Notes under the pieces: generated by a model
Databases searched by the model: none
What the model saw: only the letters and a program-made list of their open reading frames with translations
What the model was told of the DNA's origin: nothing
Made by a program: the position numbers and the translations under genes
IMG/VR virus record: IMGVR_UViG_3300027756_000004
Source: a virus
Length of the DNA: 64,000 nucleotides
Reading direction: 5' to 3' (one strand)
In this document: positions 53,425 to 63,436 of the stretch, piece after piece
Position numbering within the stretch: position 1 is the stretch's first letter
Layout: each line of letters begins with the position of its first letter

Positions 53425-53934
53425 ATGCCAATTGATCCTAGATTATTAAGTCAACAAAATATTACAATACCAGATGAAGAAAGTGATCTGTACCAGATCA
53501 ATGATGATATTATAAATCAAAATGTCAGCAATCAATCTTATGATGTGCCTGCGCCTACATTAACCTACAGCAATAATATTGGTCAAACAAAGATCAATGA
53601 CAGTGCAGAACAAGTTAAAAATTTCTTTGACAAATATTTTGTTGAACCAATCAGTTTGCCAGCTGGTGAAGTAGATGCAGTGGTTGGATTTTTTGAAAAA
53701 AGAAAATTTGAAAAAACAGCAGCAGTGAGTGTTGCAACAATTTTGTTACAACAAGCAAGAATTGATAATGTGGATGTGTTTGTGTTATTAGACACACTTA
53801 AAGGAATTACAGATGTGCAACTCAGCAATGTAGTGACTGAGATTCTCAACGTGAATAGATCTAAAATTTCTACACTGGGATTCAAAGTAGAAAACACACA
53901 GAATCAATTTGAAAAACGTAACATAGTGGTATAA
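53425..53934 (+). CDS. Hypothetical protein (probably baseplate-associated)
   Basis: Intact ORF coupled between the gp54-like and gp4-like genes. Confidence 0.5.
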   Translation: MPIDPRLLSQQNITIPDEESDLYQINDDIINQNVSNQSYDVPAPTLTYSNNIGQTKINDSAEQVKNFFDKYFVEPISLPAGEVDAVVGFFEKRKFEKTAAVSVATILLQQARIDNVDVFVLLDTLKGITDVQLSNVVTEILNVNRSKISTLGFKVENTQNQFEKRNIVV

Positions 53935-53936
53935 TC

Positions 53937-54380
53937 ATGCCTAGACATTATGCTCAAGGCAGATTTTCGTTGAAAAATCCAAACAAATACATGGGCATGA
54001 AAGATCCTTTGTATAGATCCAGTTGGGAATTTGCATTTATGAAATTTTGTGATGAAAGTCCTTCCATAGCTAGATGGGCAAGTGAGGCAGTGAAAATTCC
54101 TTACAGAAATCCCCTTACAGGAAGATACACAATTTATGTGCCAGATTTTTTTATCAACTATGTAGACAAAGGTGGTCAACCGCACGCTGAAATAATTGAA
54201 ATCAAACCACAAAATCAAAGTATAAAAGAAAAAGTTGGCAGGAATGCTAACAACCAAGCCAGTTATATCTTAAACCGAGCTAAATGGGAGGCTGCCACTG
54301 TGTGGTGTCGTCAAAAAGGTTTAAAATTTAGAGTGATCAACGAAACCGATATTTTCCACCAAGGCAACAAGCGCCGATAA
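53937..54380 (+). CDS. Head completion nuclease (T4 gp4-like)
   Basis: G.F..KNP.KY.G....YRSSWE..FM..CD....I..W.SE...IPY, Y.PDF, EIKP, N.AKW.AA. Confidence 0.88.
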   Translation: MPRHYAQGRFSLKNPNKYMGMKDPLYRSSWEFAFMKFCDESPSIARWASEAVKIPYRNPLTGRYTIYVPDFFINYVDKGGQPHAEIIEIKPQNQSIKEKVGRNANNQASYILNRAKWEAATVWCRQKGLKFRVINETDIFHQGNKRR

Positions 54381-54391
54381 ATAATACTATC

Positions 54392-54883
54392 ATGACCAAA
54401 AAATTAGAAGATCTATTGAATCTACCAGAATCCCAAAACATTGTGAGTGATCAAAAAAACAAAGAAGAGCAGGAAAAATCTTTAGAAACTCAAAAAGAAA
54501 CTTTAAGGGATATTGCTGAATTTGACAAGATCACTGCGGCATTGCCCATGGTCAAAGATTTAGGTATCATGGCAGATCAAGAGCTGGATGAAGTGGCCAA
54601 AAAAGCAATGTCTGCCTATGATGATCTGATGGATTTGGGCATGAATGTGGAAAGTAGATACAGCAGCAGAGTATTTGAGGTAGCAGGCAACATGCTTAAA
54701 ACATCATTGGATGCCAAAGCTGCCAAAATTGATAAAAAGCTCAAAATGATAGACCTACAAATACGCAAACAAAAGATGGATAGAGATGGTGGAATTGACG
54801 ATTCCAACATGGTGCAAGGGGAAGGCTATGTGATCACAGATCGCAACAGCTTAATTGAAAAACTTAAAAATATGGATAAATAA
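54392..54883 (+). CDS. Putative terminase small subunit (gp16-like)
   Basis: Helical protein with L..LG......YS.RVFEVA..ML and C-terminal ITDRN.L...L; lies upstream of the large terminase. Confidence 0.5.
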   Translation: MTKKLEDLLNLPESQNIVSDQKNKEEQEKSLETQKETLRDIAEFDKITAALPMVKDLGIMADQELDEVAKKAMSAYDDLMDLGMNVESRYSSRVFEVAGNMLKTSLDAKAAKIDKKLKMIDLQIRKQKMDRDGGIDDSNMVQGEGYVITDRNSLIEKLKNMDK

Positions 54884-54889
54884 ACACAT

Positions 54890-55498
54890 ATGGAATCAGA
54901 ATTCAAGAAAATACTAGCAGAAAGCAAAAAAACCTATAAATTTAAACTAGGTCTTGCTGGTGAATTACCTACAGATATACTAGACACTTTAAAAACAGCT
55001 TTGAGCAAATACGAAATAGTGAATTTGTCCAAAGGAAAAAAGACCCCTATTCAAGAAAGACCATTAGATTTTCCAAAGTTACAAAACATGGAAGTCACAT
55101 ATTTTGACGCTGAATTAGCATATCCTACCACTCCAGAAATTTTAGAACAATATGTCAGTTTAGTCACTAAGATGTCCAACAGTCACGTGAAAGCAATGAC
55201 AGCTATTCAACATGCAGATTATCCTACAGACCAAAAAGAAGAACCATATGTGGCCAAGTTGGAATCTCCACTTGAACAAGCAGACAAAAAAGCACAAGAT
55301 CATGTGGGCCAAAAAAGAGTGATTGAAGTATTAAAACAGATGGAAAAAGATAAAAAAGCTATTACTCATGCCAAAGAAGATGCAAAAAACAAAAAAGAAA
55401 AACTAGTAATGGATAAAGAAGAAAAAGCTTCTCCATCACCATTAACCAAAGTAAAAAATGAGAAACCACAAGGTGTATCTCTAGGCAAATTGAAATAA
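54890..55498 (+). CDS. Hypothetical protein, possible internal head protein
   Basis: N-terminus MESEFKKILAES resembles T4-like capsid-targeting peptides; K/E-rich tail. Confidence 0.45.
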   Translation: MESEFKKILAESKKTYKFKLGLAGELPTDILDTLKTALSKYEIVNLSKGKKTPIQERPLDFPKLQNMEVTYFDAELAYPTTPEILEQYVSLVTKMSNSHVKAMTAIQHADYPTDQKEEPYVAKLESPLEQADKKAQDHVGQKRVIEVLKQMEKDKKAITHAKEDAKNKKEKLVMDKEEKASPSPLTKVKNEKPQGVSLGKLK

Positions 55499-55506
55499 AT
55501 ATTAAT

Positions 55507-56142
55507 ATGGATATCAGAGACATACTACAAAAACTTGACAAGGTTCAAAATCCCAAAGAGCTTACCAGCGAGATAGTTAGATCTAATCTCAATGAATCAG
55601 CAGCAATCAGTGTGAACATGTATGGTAATAATCCAGATGAAGTTCAAGCATTGTACAATATATTCAAAAACGCTGGATTACAATCACCAATGCCAGCACC
55701 AATGCCAGTGCAAGTGGCAATGGCACCAAAACCTATTGAAGCGCAAGATAAACCTGTAGGTGAAGATGACAGATATAAAGCCAGCACAACTCCAGATCCT
55801 AAATATGCCACTATGCCAGACACAGTGGATCCAGTCAGCGATGATCTACACAAATCTAAAAAAATGTATGCTCGCAGCCAACCTGGTGATAATCCTATGG
55901 CAGTCAAAGAAGATGAGATGTCATTGGCAGAAAAAGTTAAAGCACAACTCACTCAAGACTATGCTGCTTACAAAGAAGGTGCTGTAAAAGGTTACTTGAT
56001 GGACCTAGAGCAAGACGCTGCTGAAATGTCCAAAGATGAATTCATCAAAAAACACGGTCAACGTAATGCTAACATCTGGGATAGAGTAAATTCTGAAGAA
56101 GATCAATTTGATGGCAATACTGAAGACATCGACCTAGAATAG
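55507..56142 (+). CDS. Hypothetical acidic protein, possible internal head/core protein
   Basis: MDIRDILQKLD...LNES N-terminus, acidic, late promoter. Confidence 0.45.
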   Translation: MDIRDILQKLDKVQNPKELTSEIVRSNLNESAAISVNMYGNNPDEVQALYNIFKNAGLQSPMPAPMPVQVAMAPKPIEAQDKPVGEDDRYKASTTPDPKYATMPDTVDPVSDDLHKSKKMYARSQPGDNPMAVKEDEMSLAEKVKAQLTQDYAAYKEGAVKGYLMDLEQDAAEMSKDEFIKKHGQRNANIWDRVNSEEDQFDGNTEDIDLE

Positions 56143-56189
56143 TCAATCATTATAAAATCTCACAACTGTTGCAAAGATAAGTACTACAT

Positions 56190-57791
56190 ATGAGTACCAA
56201 AAGTCTAGATGGTGTTCTTACCAAAAAAGCACACACTAGGGAAAAATATACTGAAACACAACTGAATGAGTTGGCTGCTTGTGCAGACAATACTCTGGGC
56301 TATCTTTATTTTGCAAAGAATTTCTTTCACATTCAACATCCTGTGAGAGGCAAATTATTATTTGAACCTTACACCTATCAAAACAAACTGTTGGAAACCT
56401 ATCACAAACACAGATTCAACGTGAACATGTTGCCCAGACAAAGTGGCAAAACCACATGTGCATCATCCTATTTGTTATGGTATGCTATGTTTCATCCTGA
56501 CCAAACTATTTTAATTGCTGCTCACAAATACACAGGTGCACAAGAAATCATGCAACGTATTAGATATGGATATGAATTATGTCCAGATCACATCAGAGCA
56601 GGCGTGGTCAATTACAACAAAGGCTCCATGGAATTCGAAAATGGTTCAAGAATAGTATCTGCCACCACAACCAGTAATACAGGCAGAGGTATGTCCATAT
56701 CATTGTTGTATTGTGATGAGTTTGCATTTGTGAATCCCACCATTGCTAGAGAATTCTGGACTTCTATATCTCCCACATTGGCCACAGGAGGTAGAGCAAT
56801 TATAACCAGTACGCCCAACTCAGATGAAGATGAGTTTGCTGTGATCTGGAAAGAATCTCAAAACAAATTTGACGAACATGGCAATGAGATTGATCTAGGC
56901 ATTAATGGATTCTTTGGTTACACAGCTTCTTGGGATGAACATCCAGAGCGAGATGAAAAATGGAAAGAAAGTGAATTGAGCCGCATAGGTGAAGAAAGAT
57001 TTAGAAGAGAATATGGCTGTGAATTTTTAGTCTATGACGAAACATTGGTCAACAGCATTGTGTTGGCGGCATTGGAAGGCAAGCAGCCCATACTGAACAT
57101 GGGTCAAACTAGATGGTATGAAAAAATAAATCCTGCTGCCACCTATGTGATAGCATTGGATCCTGCCATGGGCACCGGAGGGGATTATGCTGCTATACAA
57201 GTGTTTGAAGTGCCTTCGTTCCGTCAAGTGGCTGAATGGCGACACAATCAAACTCCTATACCACAGCAAGTAAAAATATTAAAAGACATAGTCAATTATA
57301 TCAAAGAAGAATGCAAAAGTCAAACAGCTACCAACATATATTGGAGCGTGGAAAACAACACCATAGGTGAAGCAGCACTGTTGGTGATCAGTGACTTTGG
57401 AGAAGAAAACATTCCAGGATTATTTGTGAGTGAGCCCATACGAAAAGGTCACATAAGAAAATTTAGAAAAGGATTCAACACCACACACAGAACCAAGATC
57501 AGTGCCTGCAGTAGATTGAAAGGCATGATTGAAAACAACAAAATGAGCATTGCCAGCAAAGCGTTAATCAGTGAATTAAAAACTTATGTGGCAGTGGGAT
57601 CAGGATTCAAAGCCAAAACAGGAGAAACTGATGATCTTATCAGTGCTACTCTATTGATATTGCGTATTGTGAGCATATTGAAGGACTGGGATCCACGCAT
57701 TTACAATTCATTTTTACAGGTGGAAAATGATGAAGATGGTGGTGAACGCATACTGCCCATGCCAGTGTTTATCAGCACCACCAACAACTAA
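56190..57791 (+). CDS. Terminase large subunit (gp17-like)
   Basis: Q-motif YQ, Walker A PRQSGKTT, Walker B LLYCDEFAF, IITSTPN, nuclease ALDPAMG.G.DY and DDL; no intein seen. Confidence 0.96.
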   Translation: MSTKSLDGVLTKKAHTREKYTETQLNELAACADNTLGYLYFAKNFFHIQHPVRGKLLFEPYTYQNKLLETYHKHRFNVNMLPRQSGKTTCASSYLLWYAMFHPDQTILIAAHKYTGAQEIMQRIRYGYELCPDHIRAGVVNYNKGSMEFENGSRIVSATTTSNTGRGMSISLLYCDEFAFVNPTIAREFWTSISPTLATGGRAIITSTPNSDEDEFAVIWKESQNKFDEHGNEIDLGINGFFGYTASWDEHPERDEKWKESELSRIGEERFRREYGCEFLVYDETLVNSIVLAALEGKQPILNMGQTRWYEKINPAATYVIALDPAMGTGGDYAAIQVFEVPSFRQVAEWRHNQTPIPQQVKILKDIVNYIKEECKSQTATNIYWSVENNTIGEAALLVISDFGEENIPGLFVSEPIRKGHIRKFRKGFNTTHRTKISACSRLKGMIENNKMSIASKALISELKTYVAVGSGFKAKTGETDDLISATLLILRIVSILKDWDPRIYNSFLQVENDEDGGERILPMPVFISTTNN

Positions 57792-57799
57792 ATACACAT

Positions 57800-60484
57800 A
57801 TGAACTTGAATGTCACGTCTAAAGAGCTCTTTGCTAAGATACGAGGCCGTTTTCCGGGGGTTAGCATAGGTAACCAAGCCGCAGAAGTGACCAACGATCC
57901 ATCTGCAGCAAGATTTTTTGACTTCGATTTCAAAGCTGGATCCAAGGTTTTAGGCAAAGTCAGCATAAGTATTAGTGAACAAGACGGCCTAGTGGTTATA
58001 CACAGTGCTGATTTGAGTCAAACTGAAGATTTGGCTGCTAGAGAAAATTGGTTTAGTTTTTTGAAAGAATTGAGACAATTTGCCAAGTCAAGAATGTTAA
58101 ACTTTGACACTAGAGATATAACTAAAAGCAACTTGGAAAAAAGAGATTATAATTTTTTGAGCAATATGAACCAACCCAAAGAAGTCACTGAAGCTGCATT
58201 AACTGGTACCAATAAAACCAGTTTTCAAAACATCGGCAGCAGCAAACTGATTATCAAGCATTCAGCTGCAGTGGATGAAGAATTCGCTGCTGGTCGCACA
58301 CACAAAATTCTTTCCATCTATGTAGAAAATGTGGACGGTGAAAGATTCAAGTATCCATTCAAACACATCAACGGTGCTAGAGCAATGGCACGTCACGTGA
58401 GCGAAGGTGGCAAACCCTATGATGATTTTGGCAAACATATTGTATCATTGAGTGAAGAACTTTCTAAATTAAGAAAATTTAAAAATTACGTGAACAGATC
58501 TGCTGTGATGGCTGAGACTCTAAAAGAATATGCTGTGGTGATCAATGACAGAATTGAAGAGATCAAAGAAACCATACAAGGATTACAAAAAGAAAGTTTC
58601 TACAAGCTAACTAAAGAAAACTTCAAACTGAGTGACCAAGTTATAGTGCCAGAAGATGTAAAAGAAAATTGGATTGATGAGTTAACAATTAAAACTTTCA
58701 ATAATGAATTGCAAGAAGTGTTTCCTTACATATACAAACTGGTTACACAAAGACCCATTAAAGAAATCACTGCTGAAGACATTGATGCAGAAGCGTCTGG
58801 TTATCAAGGCAGCACAGAAACAAGAAATTTAAAATACAATGTGAATGGTGATTTTGACAGAAGCAGACCAGTGTCAGACAAAGATGCATTCACCATACAG
58901 GATCTATTGAAAAAGAATGGCATTGAATCAGAAGTAACTCCTGATGAAGGCAACTTTCAAGGCATATTGATATACACCAATGCTGCTCCACAGAGTGTGG
59001 AAAAAGTTTTGGGCAACATGATCGAAACCTCTCTAGATCCCATTGAACAATTTGAAAAAATTTTAGATTCAGTTATTGATGAAGGAGAAAACACATTGTT
59101 TTCCTCTGACTCAGAAGAACAGAAACAAGCATTGGAAAAATTAAATTTATTAATGAAGAGTCATTTTCCCGCAGGCGTAAACGGAGTGAATGGTTTAGAA
59201 AGTTTAGAAGGCATCATAGATGATCCTAATTTGAATGATCAAATTAGAGAGATTGGTAAAAAAGACAGTGACAATTGTATTAGACCTTTGATCATGGCCT
59301 ACATACAAAACAAAAAACCAGACATGTTGAAAAGAATCAACACTGGCGATATGAAAATGTCAACAGAAGGCAATCAATTTGCACAAGCAGTGCAAAAAGC
59401 CAAAGCAGCAGGAATGAAACCCGGCGACAAATTTAAAGTGGGCGACAAAGAATTTACATTGAAGGACGCCATGGATATGGCAGGCATCAGTGACACATCA
59501 TTGCAAGATGATGCTGACATGGATCCAAACCAATCACCTCAGGCTCAGACCTATGCAGGCAAATCTTCTGCATCTCAAGAAAAAGAAGAAGTGCAAAAAA
59601 TATTGAACAAACATCCAGATGCTTACAAAAAATTTAAGGCAGGAGATGACTTGTACAATAACAAAGAGTTGTATTCAGAATTGGCCGACTATTACCACGA
59701 TAATGGAGATATGCCTTATGGTACATACACCGCTAAAGATGGCGATCCTATCAACTGGATCACCACTAGATTGGCTGATATGGGATTGATTGAAACCACT
59801 CAAACAGAAGGCACTATAGAAGATGAATATAAATTTCGTGATTGGTTAAAGAAAACACACAACAAGCAAGTGCATGAATTAAAACCACAAGAATATGCAA
59901 TCATTTCAAAACAATACAGAGACGAACAAGGTAAAAAAGAATCCTCGCATCCAGGCGAAGGATCTGCAGAAGAATTGGCCAAAGAAATTTGGAACAACAC
60001 TCCAGCATTGCACGATGAATACAAAGACTGGAAAGAATATATGGATTCAGAAGATTTTCAAATGGACTCAGACAAATTACGCAGTAAATTTGAAAGCACA
60101 GGCGGTGGCCCTACCATTAGACAAATGAGTGATTTAGAATTGGCCAACTTTTTAAACACCACTGTGGCTGAAATCAAAAAAGACAGACAAGCAGCAGAAG
60201 AAGCAGCTATGGAATTGAATAAAAAATATTCTGAAGATAATAAATCCAGCAAACAAGATCTACACAAAGGCTCCACTAAAATAGAAGAATTGGTTAAGAG
60301 TTTTTACGACTACACCACCAATAAATTTCCCAAAGGTGAAACAGCAGTGATCACAGCAGTGCAGAAACAATACGGAGATGCTGGTGCCAAAACTGCCATT
60401 GAAACCATCAAAGCTCTGCAGAGCGGTCAGAACAAAGAGATTGAACGCATCAAACAACTGGCAGGCTATTCTACCAAAAATTAA
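57800..60484 (+). CDS. Large hypothetical protein, probable head-associated multi-segment protein
   Basis: 894 aa, acidic, with several xxE-[SAGD] junctions and C-terminal EIERIKQLAG; TAAATA-N5-ATG. Confidence 0.5.
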   Translation: MNLNVTSKELFAKIRGRFPGVSIGNQAAEVTNDPSAARFFDFDFKAGSKVLGKVSISISEQDGLVVIHSADLSQTEDLAARENWFSFLKELRQFAKSRMLNFDTRDITKSNLEKRDYNFLSNMNQPKEVTEAALTGTNKTSFQNIGSSKLIIKHSAAVDEEFAAGRTHKILSIYVENVDGERFKYPFKHINGARAMARHVSEGGKPYDDFGKHIVSLSEELSKLRKFKNYVNRSAVMAETLKEYAVVINDRIEEIKETIQGLQKESFYKLTKENFKLSDQVIVPEDVKENWIDELTIKTFNNELQEVFPYIYKLVTQRPIKEITAEDIDAEASGYQGSTETRNLKYNVNGDFDRSRPVSDKDAFTIQDLLKKNGIESEVTPDEGNFQGILIYTNAAPQSVEKVLGNMIETSLDPIEQFEKILDSVIDEGENTLFSSDSEEQKQALEKLNLLMKSHFPAGVNGVNGLESLEGIIDDPNLNDQIREIGKKDSDNCIRPLIMAYIQNKKPDMLKRINTGDMKMSTEGNQFAQAVQKAKAAGMKPGDKFKVGDKEFTLKDAMDMAGISDTSLQDDADMDPNQSPQAQTYAGKSSASQEKEEVQKILNKHPDAYKKFKAGDDLYNNKELYSELADYYHDNGDMPYGTYTAKDGDPINWITTRLADMGLIETTQTEGTIEDEYKFRDWLKKTHNKQVHELKPQEYAIISKQYRDEQGKKESSHPGEGSAEELAKEIWNNTPALHDEYKDWKEYMDSEDFQMDSDKLRSKFESTGGGPTIRQMSDLELANFLNTTVAEIKKDRQAAEEAAMELNKKYSEDNKSSKQDLHKGSTKIEELVKSFYDYTTNKFPKGETAVITAVQKQYGDAGAKTAIETIKALQSGQNKEIERIKQLAGYSTKN

Positions 60485-60503
60485 TATTTCATTAACTACA
60501 CAC

Positions 60504-60532
60504 TTGACTAAATACACATATTAATATAGTAT
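60504..60532 (+). promoter_or_regulatory. Sigma70-type promoter with nested late promoter upstream of ssb
   Basis: TTGACT 60504-60509, 17 nt, TAGTAT 60527-60532; TAAATA at 60509-60514. Confidence 0.65.
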
Positions 60533-60597
60533 ATAAGATATGTGCTATATTAAAGTGAGGCACAAACATAAACAGGCAAACAATAAGGAGGCTTATA

Positions 60598-61572
60598 ATG
60601 GCTACACTAGCAGACATCCGCAATAAGTTGAAGGAACAAGAAGTTCGTTCAAGCGGCAACAACAAGACAAGCGGCGGCGACAACGCAATCTATCCATTCT
60701 GGAATCTAAAAGAAGGTGAACAATCAACTGTTCGATTCTTGCCAGATGGCGACTCAAACAACACTTTCTTCTGGAGAGAACGTTTGATGATCAAACTTCC
60801 ATTCAATGGTATCAAAGGAGAAACTGATTCAAAACCAGTTCAGGTCCAAGTGCCATGTATGGAAATGTATGGAGACTCTTGTCCTATTCTATCTGAAGTT
60901 AGAGGATGGTTCAAAGATCCCAACTTGGAAGACATGGGAAGAAAATATTGGAAAAAAAGATCATACATTTTCCAAGGTTTTGTAAAAGAAGATCCATTAA
61001 ATGAAGAAACCAAACCAGCTAATCCAGTTAGAAGATTTATTATTGGACCACAAATATTCCAAATAATAAAAGGTGCTCTGATGGATCCTGAGATGGAAGA
61101 TCTTCCTACAGACAAAATCAACGGAGTTGATTTTAAAATTATCAAAACCAGCAAAGGTGGATATGCAGACTATTCAACTTCTGCTTGGTCTAGAAAAACC
61201 AGACCGTTATCTGAAGATGAAAACAAAGCAGTGGAAACACATGGTTTGTACAACATGAGCGATTACTTGCCTAAAAAACCAACTGAGGTTGAGTTGAAGG
61301 TGATGAAAGAAATGTTTGAAGCATCTGTGGATGGCGAGGCGTATGACTTGGAAAAATTTGGACAATATTTTCGTCCAGCAGGCATGTCATCTAGAACTGG
61401 AGACCCAGTGGTTAACACCAATGTTAAAGCTGAAACACCAAAGCCAATAGCAGTATCAACAGCAAAAGTTGAAACAAAAACTGAATCTGTGGCTGCAACT
61501 GCTCCTAAAGCAGAAAGCAAAAGCAGAGCTGAAGATATTTTGGCAATGATAAGGTCTAGACAAAAACAATAA
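60598..61572 (+). CDS. Single-stranded DNA-binding protein (T4 gp32-like)
   Basis: VRFLPD, C.E.YG..CPI, YWKKRSY..QGFV, G.DF.I.KT.KGG.ADYS.S.W; SD AAGGAGG. Confidence 0.88.
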   Translation: MATLADIRNKLKEQEVRSSGNNKTSGGDNAIYPFWNLKEGEQSTVRFLPDGDSNNTFFWRERLMIKLPFNGIKGETDSKPVQVQVPCMEMYGDSCPILSEVRGWFKDPNLEDMGRKYWKKRSYIFQGFVKEDPLNEETKPANPVRRFIIGPQIFQIIKGALMDPEMEDLPTDKINGVDFKIIKTSKGGYADYSTSAWSRKTRPLSEDENKAVETHGLYNMSDYLPKKPTEVELKVMKEMFEASVDGEAYDLEKFGQYFRPAGMSSRTGDPVVNTNVKAETPKPIAVSTAKVETKTESVAATAPKAESKSRAEDILAMIRSRQKQ

Positions 61573-61585
61573 AAAGTGATATAGT

Positions 61586-61615
61586 GTAGTGGAGGGCAGC
61601 AATGTTCTCCACTGC
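61586..61615 (+). promoter_or_regulatory. Intergenic 13-bp hairpin with GCAA tetraloop and no U-tract
   Basis: GTAGTGGAGGGCA-GCAA-TGTTCTCCACTGC, with three G-U pairs. Confidence 0.7.
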
Positions 61616-61638
61616 GAATAAACAAAAGGAAAAAATTT

Positions 61639-62706
61639 ATGGCTACAAAGGCTTTCGACATATCGAAATTTAGAAAAACATTAACAAAATCCATTGAAGG
61701 ATTGGGACTGGGATTCAATGATCCCACTGATTGGATTTCCACAGGCAATTATGCACTGAACTATTTGATGTCAGGTGATTTTGAAAAAGGCATACCACTG
61801 GGCAAAGTCACAGTGTTTGCTGGAGAATCAGGATCGGGTAAGTCATACATAGCTTCAGGCAATCTGGTGAGACACGCACAGAAGCAAGGCATATATGTGG
61901 TGTTGGTGGACACAGAAAACGCTCTGGATCAAAATTGGTTGCAGGCATTGGGTGTGGATTGTGATGAAAAAAAATTATTAAAATTAAATCTTAGCATGAT
62001 TGATGATGTGGCCAAAACCATATCTACATTTATGAAAGAATACAAAGCAGAACATGGAGACAACAAAGACACTGCTCCTAAAATATTATTCATCATAGAC
62101 AGTTTGGGCATGCTGATGACTCCCACTGATGTGAATCAATTTGAAGCAGGTGATATGAAAGGTGACATGGGTCGTAAGCCCAAAGCACTCACAGCACTGG
62201 TGCGTAATTGTGTGAACATGTTTGGCAGTTGGAATGTGGGATTGGTAGCAACCAATCACACGTATGCTTCACAAGATATGTTTGATCCAGATGATAAAAT
62301 ATCAGGTGGTCAAGGATTTGTGTATGCCAGTTCAGTGGTGGTAGCAATGAAAAAATTAAAACTAAAAGAAGACGAAGATGGCAACAAAGTCAAAGAAGTA
62401 TTGGGCATTAGAGCAGCCTGTAAGATAATGAAAACAAGATTTGCCAAGCCTTTTGAAACTGTGCAAGTTAAAATACCCTATGAAACTGGCATGGATCCCT
62501 ACAGTGGATTGGTGGAACTGTTTGAAAAAGAAGGCATACTGACAGCATCTGGCAACAGATTAAGATATGTGGACCTCAAAGGTGTGGAACACTTAGAGTA
62601 CAGAAAAGGTTGGACCGGTGAAAAATTGGATATGATTATGAAAGAATATCACAAGATCAAACCAAAATCTGAAACAGAAACAATTGCAGTGAAGGAAGAA
62701 AAATAA
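61639..62706 (+). CDS. uvsX: RecA-like recombinase
   Basis: ISTGNYALN, G.PLGK...AGESGSGKS, DTENA, IIDSLG, TNHTY, SGGQG..YASS. Confidence 0.92.
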   Translation: MATKAFDISKFRKTLTKSIEGLGLGFNDPTDWISTGNYALNYLMSGDFEKGIPLGKVTVFAGESGSGKSYIASGNLVRHAQKQGIYVVLVDTENALDQNWLQALGVDCDEKKLLKLNLSMIDDVAKTISTFMKEYKAEHGDNKDTAPKILFIIDSLGMLMTPTDVNQFEAGDMKGDMGRKPKALTALVRNCVNMFGSWNVGLVATNHTYASQDMFDPDDKISGGQGFVYASSVVVAMKKLKLKEDEDGNKVKEVLGIRAACKIMKTRFAKPFETVQVKIPYETGMDPYSGLVELFEKEGILTASGNRLRYVDLKGVEHLEYRKGWTGEKLDMIMKEYHKIKPKSETETIAVKEEK

Positions 62707-62918
62707 TGCAGGACGCTAGTCAAGTAACTGAAATTTGGCAATTTTTTAAAGAGTACGTGGATAAAAAACAGATCGAAGTAGTAGCTGAAAAATTTGTGGA
62801 AATGTGCGCTGATCATGGTGTTACAGATGACACATTCAAAGAAGTCATGGGCAATGACCAAGACCTGGACAAGGCTATAGCATACTATTTAGACATTGAA
62901 GAAGACGAGGATCAATAA
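62706..62918 (+). CDS. Small acidic hypothetical protein
   Basis: Coupled ORF (TAATG overlaps at both ends) between uvsX and uvsY. Confidence 0.65.
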   Translation: MQDASQVTEIWQFFKEYVDKKQIEVVAEKFVEMCADHGVTDDTFKEVMGNDQDLDKAIAYYLDIEEDEDQ

Positions 62919-63376
62919 TGTCTGGATGGTATCAAAAGATATCCAAAGACATCAGTACCATTCCTGAGGCATTGGAATATTTTGAAAATCAACTGCAAGA
63001 AGCCAAACTGGAAATTAAAATCAGAGGCAATGTGGAAAAACAGGCAGCAGAAATGCCAGGCATTGTGGAACACAGATTCAATCAATTGCAAGAATTAGAA
63101 GCAGTATTAGAATATCTCAACATTGAATTGCGTAGACTGCGCAGTTCTTATTTTAAAAAATATTTCGAAAGCTACAACAGAGCACTCACCAGCAGAGAAG
63201 TGGAGAAGTATGTGGATGGTGAAGCAGATGTGGTGGATTACGAAAAGATCATCAATGATTTCGCACTGATGCGCAACAAATGGTTGGGCATCTGCAAAGG
63301 TCTGGACCAAAAACAATGGCAGATGACCAACATAGTGAAACTGCGTGTGGCTGGTATGGAAGACGCCAGCATCTAA
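62918..63376 (+). CDS. uvsY: Recombination mediator UvsY-like
   Basis: Helical, with KY.E.Y.RALTS....KYVDG..D and K.LD.K.WQ..NI..LR..G; follows uvsX. Confidence 0.75.
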   Translation: MSGWYQKISKDISTIPEALEYFENQLQEAKLEIKIRGNVEKQAAEMPGIVEHRFNQLQELEAVLEYLNIELRRLRSSYFKKYFESYNRALTSREVEKYVDGEADVVDYEKIINDFALMRNKWLGICKGLDQKQWQMTNIVKLRVAGMEDASI

Positions 63377-63436
63377 TCAATCAAAACCATTTTCCTAAAT
63401 CACTGCCCAGCGTAAATAGCACAGCACTCTATAATC

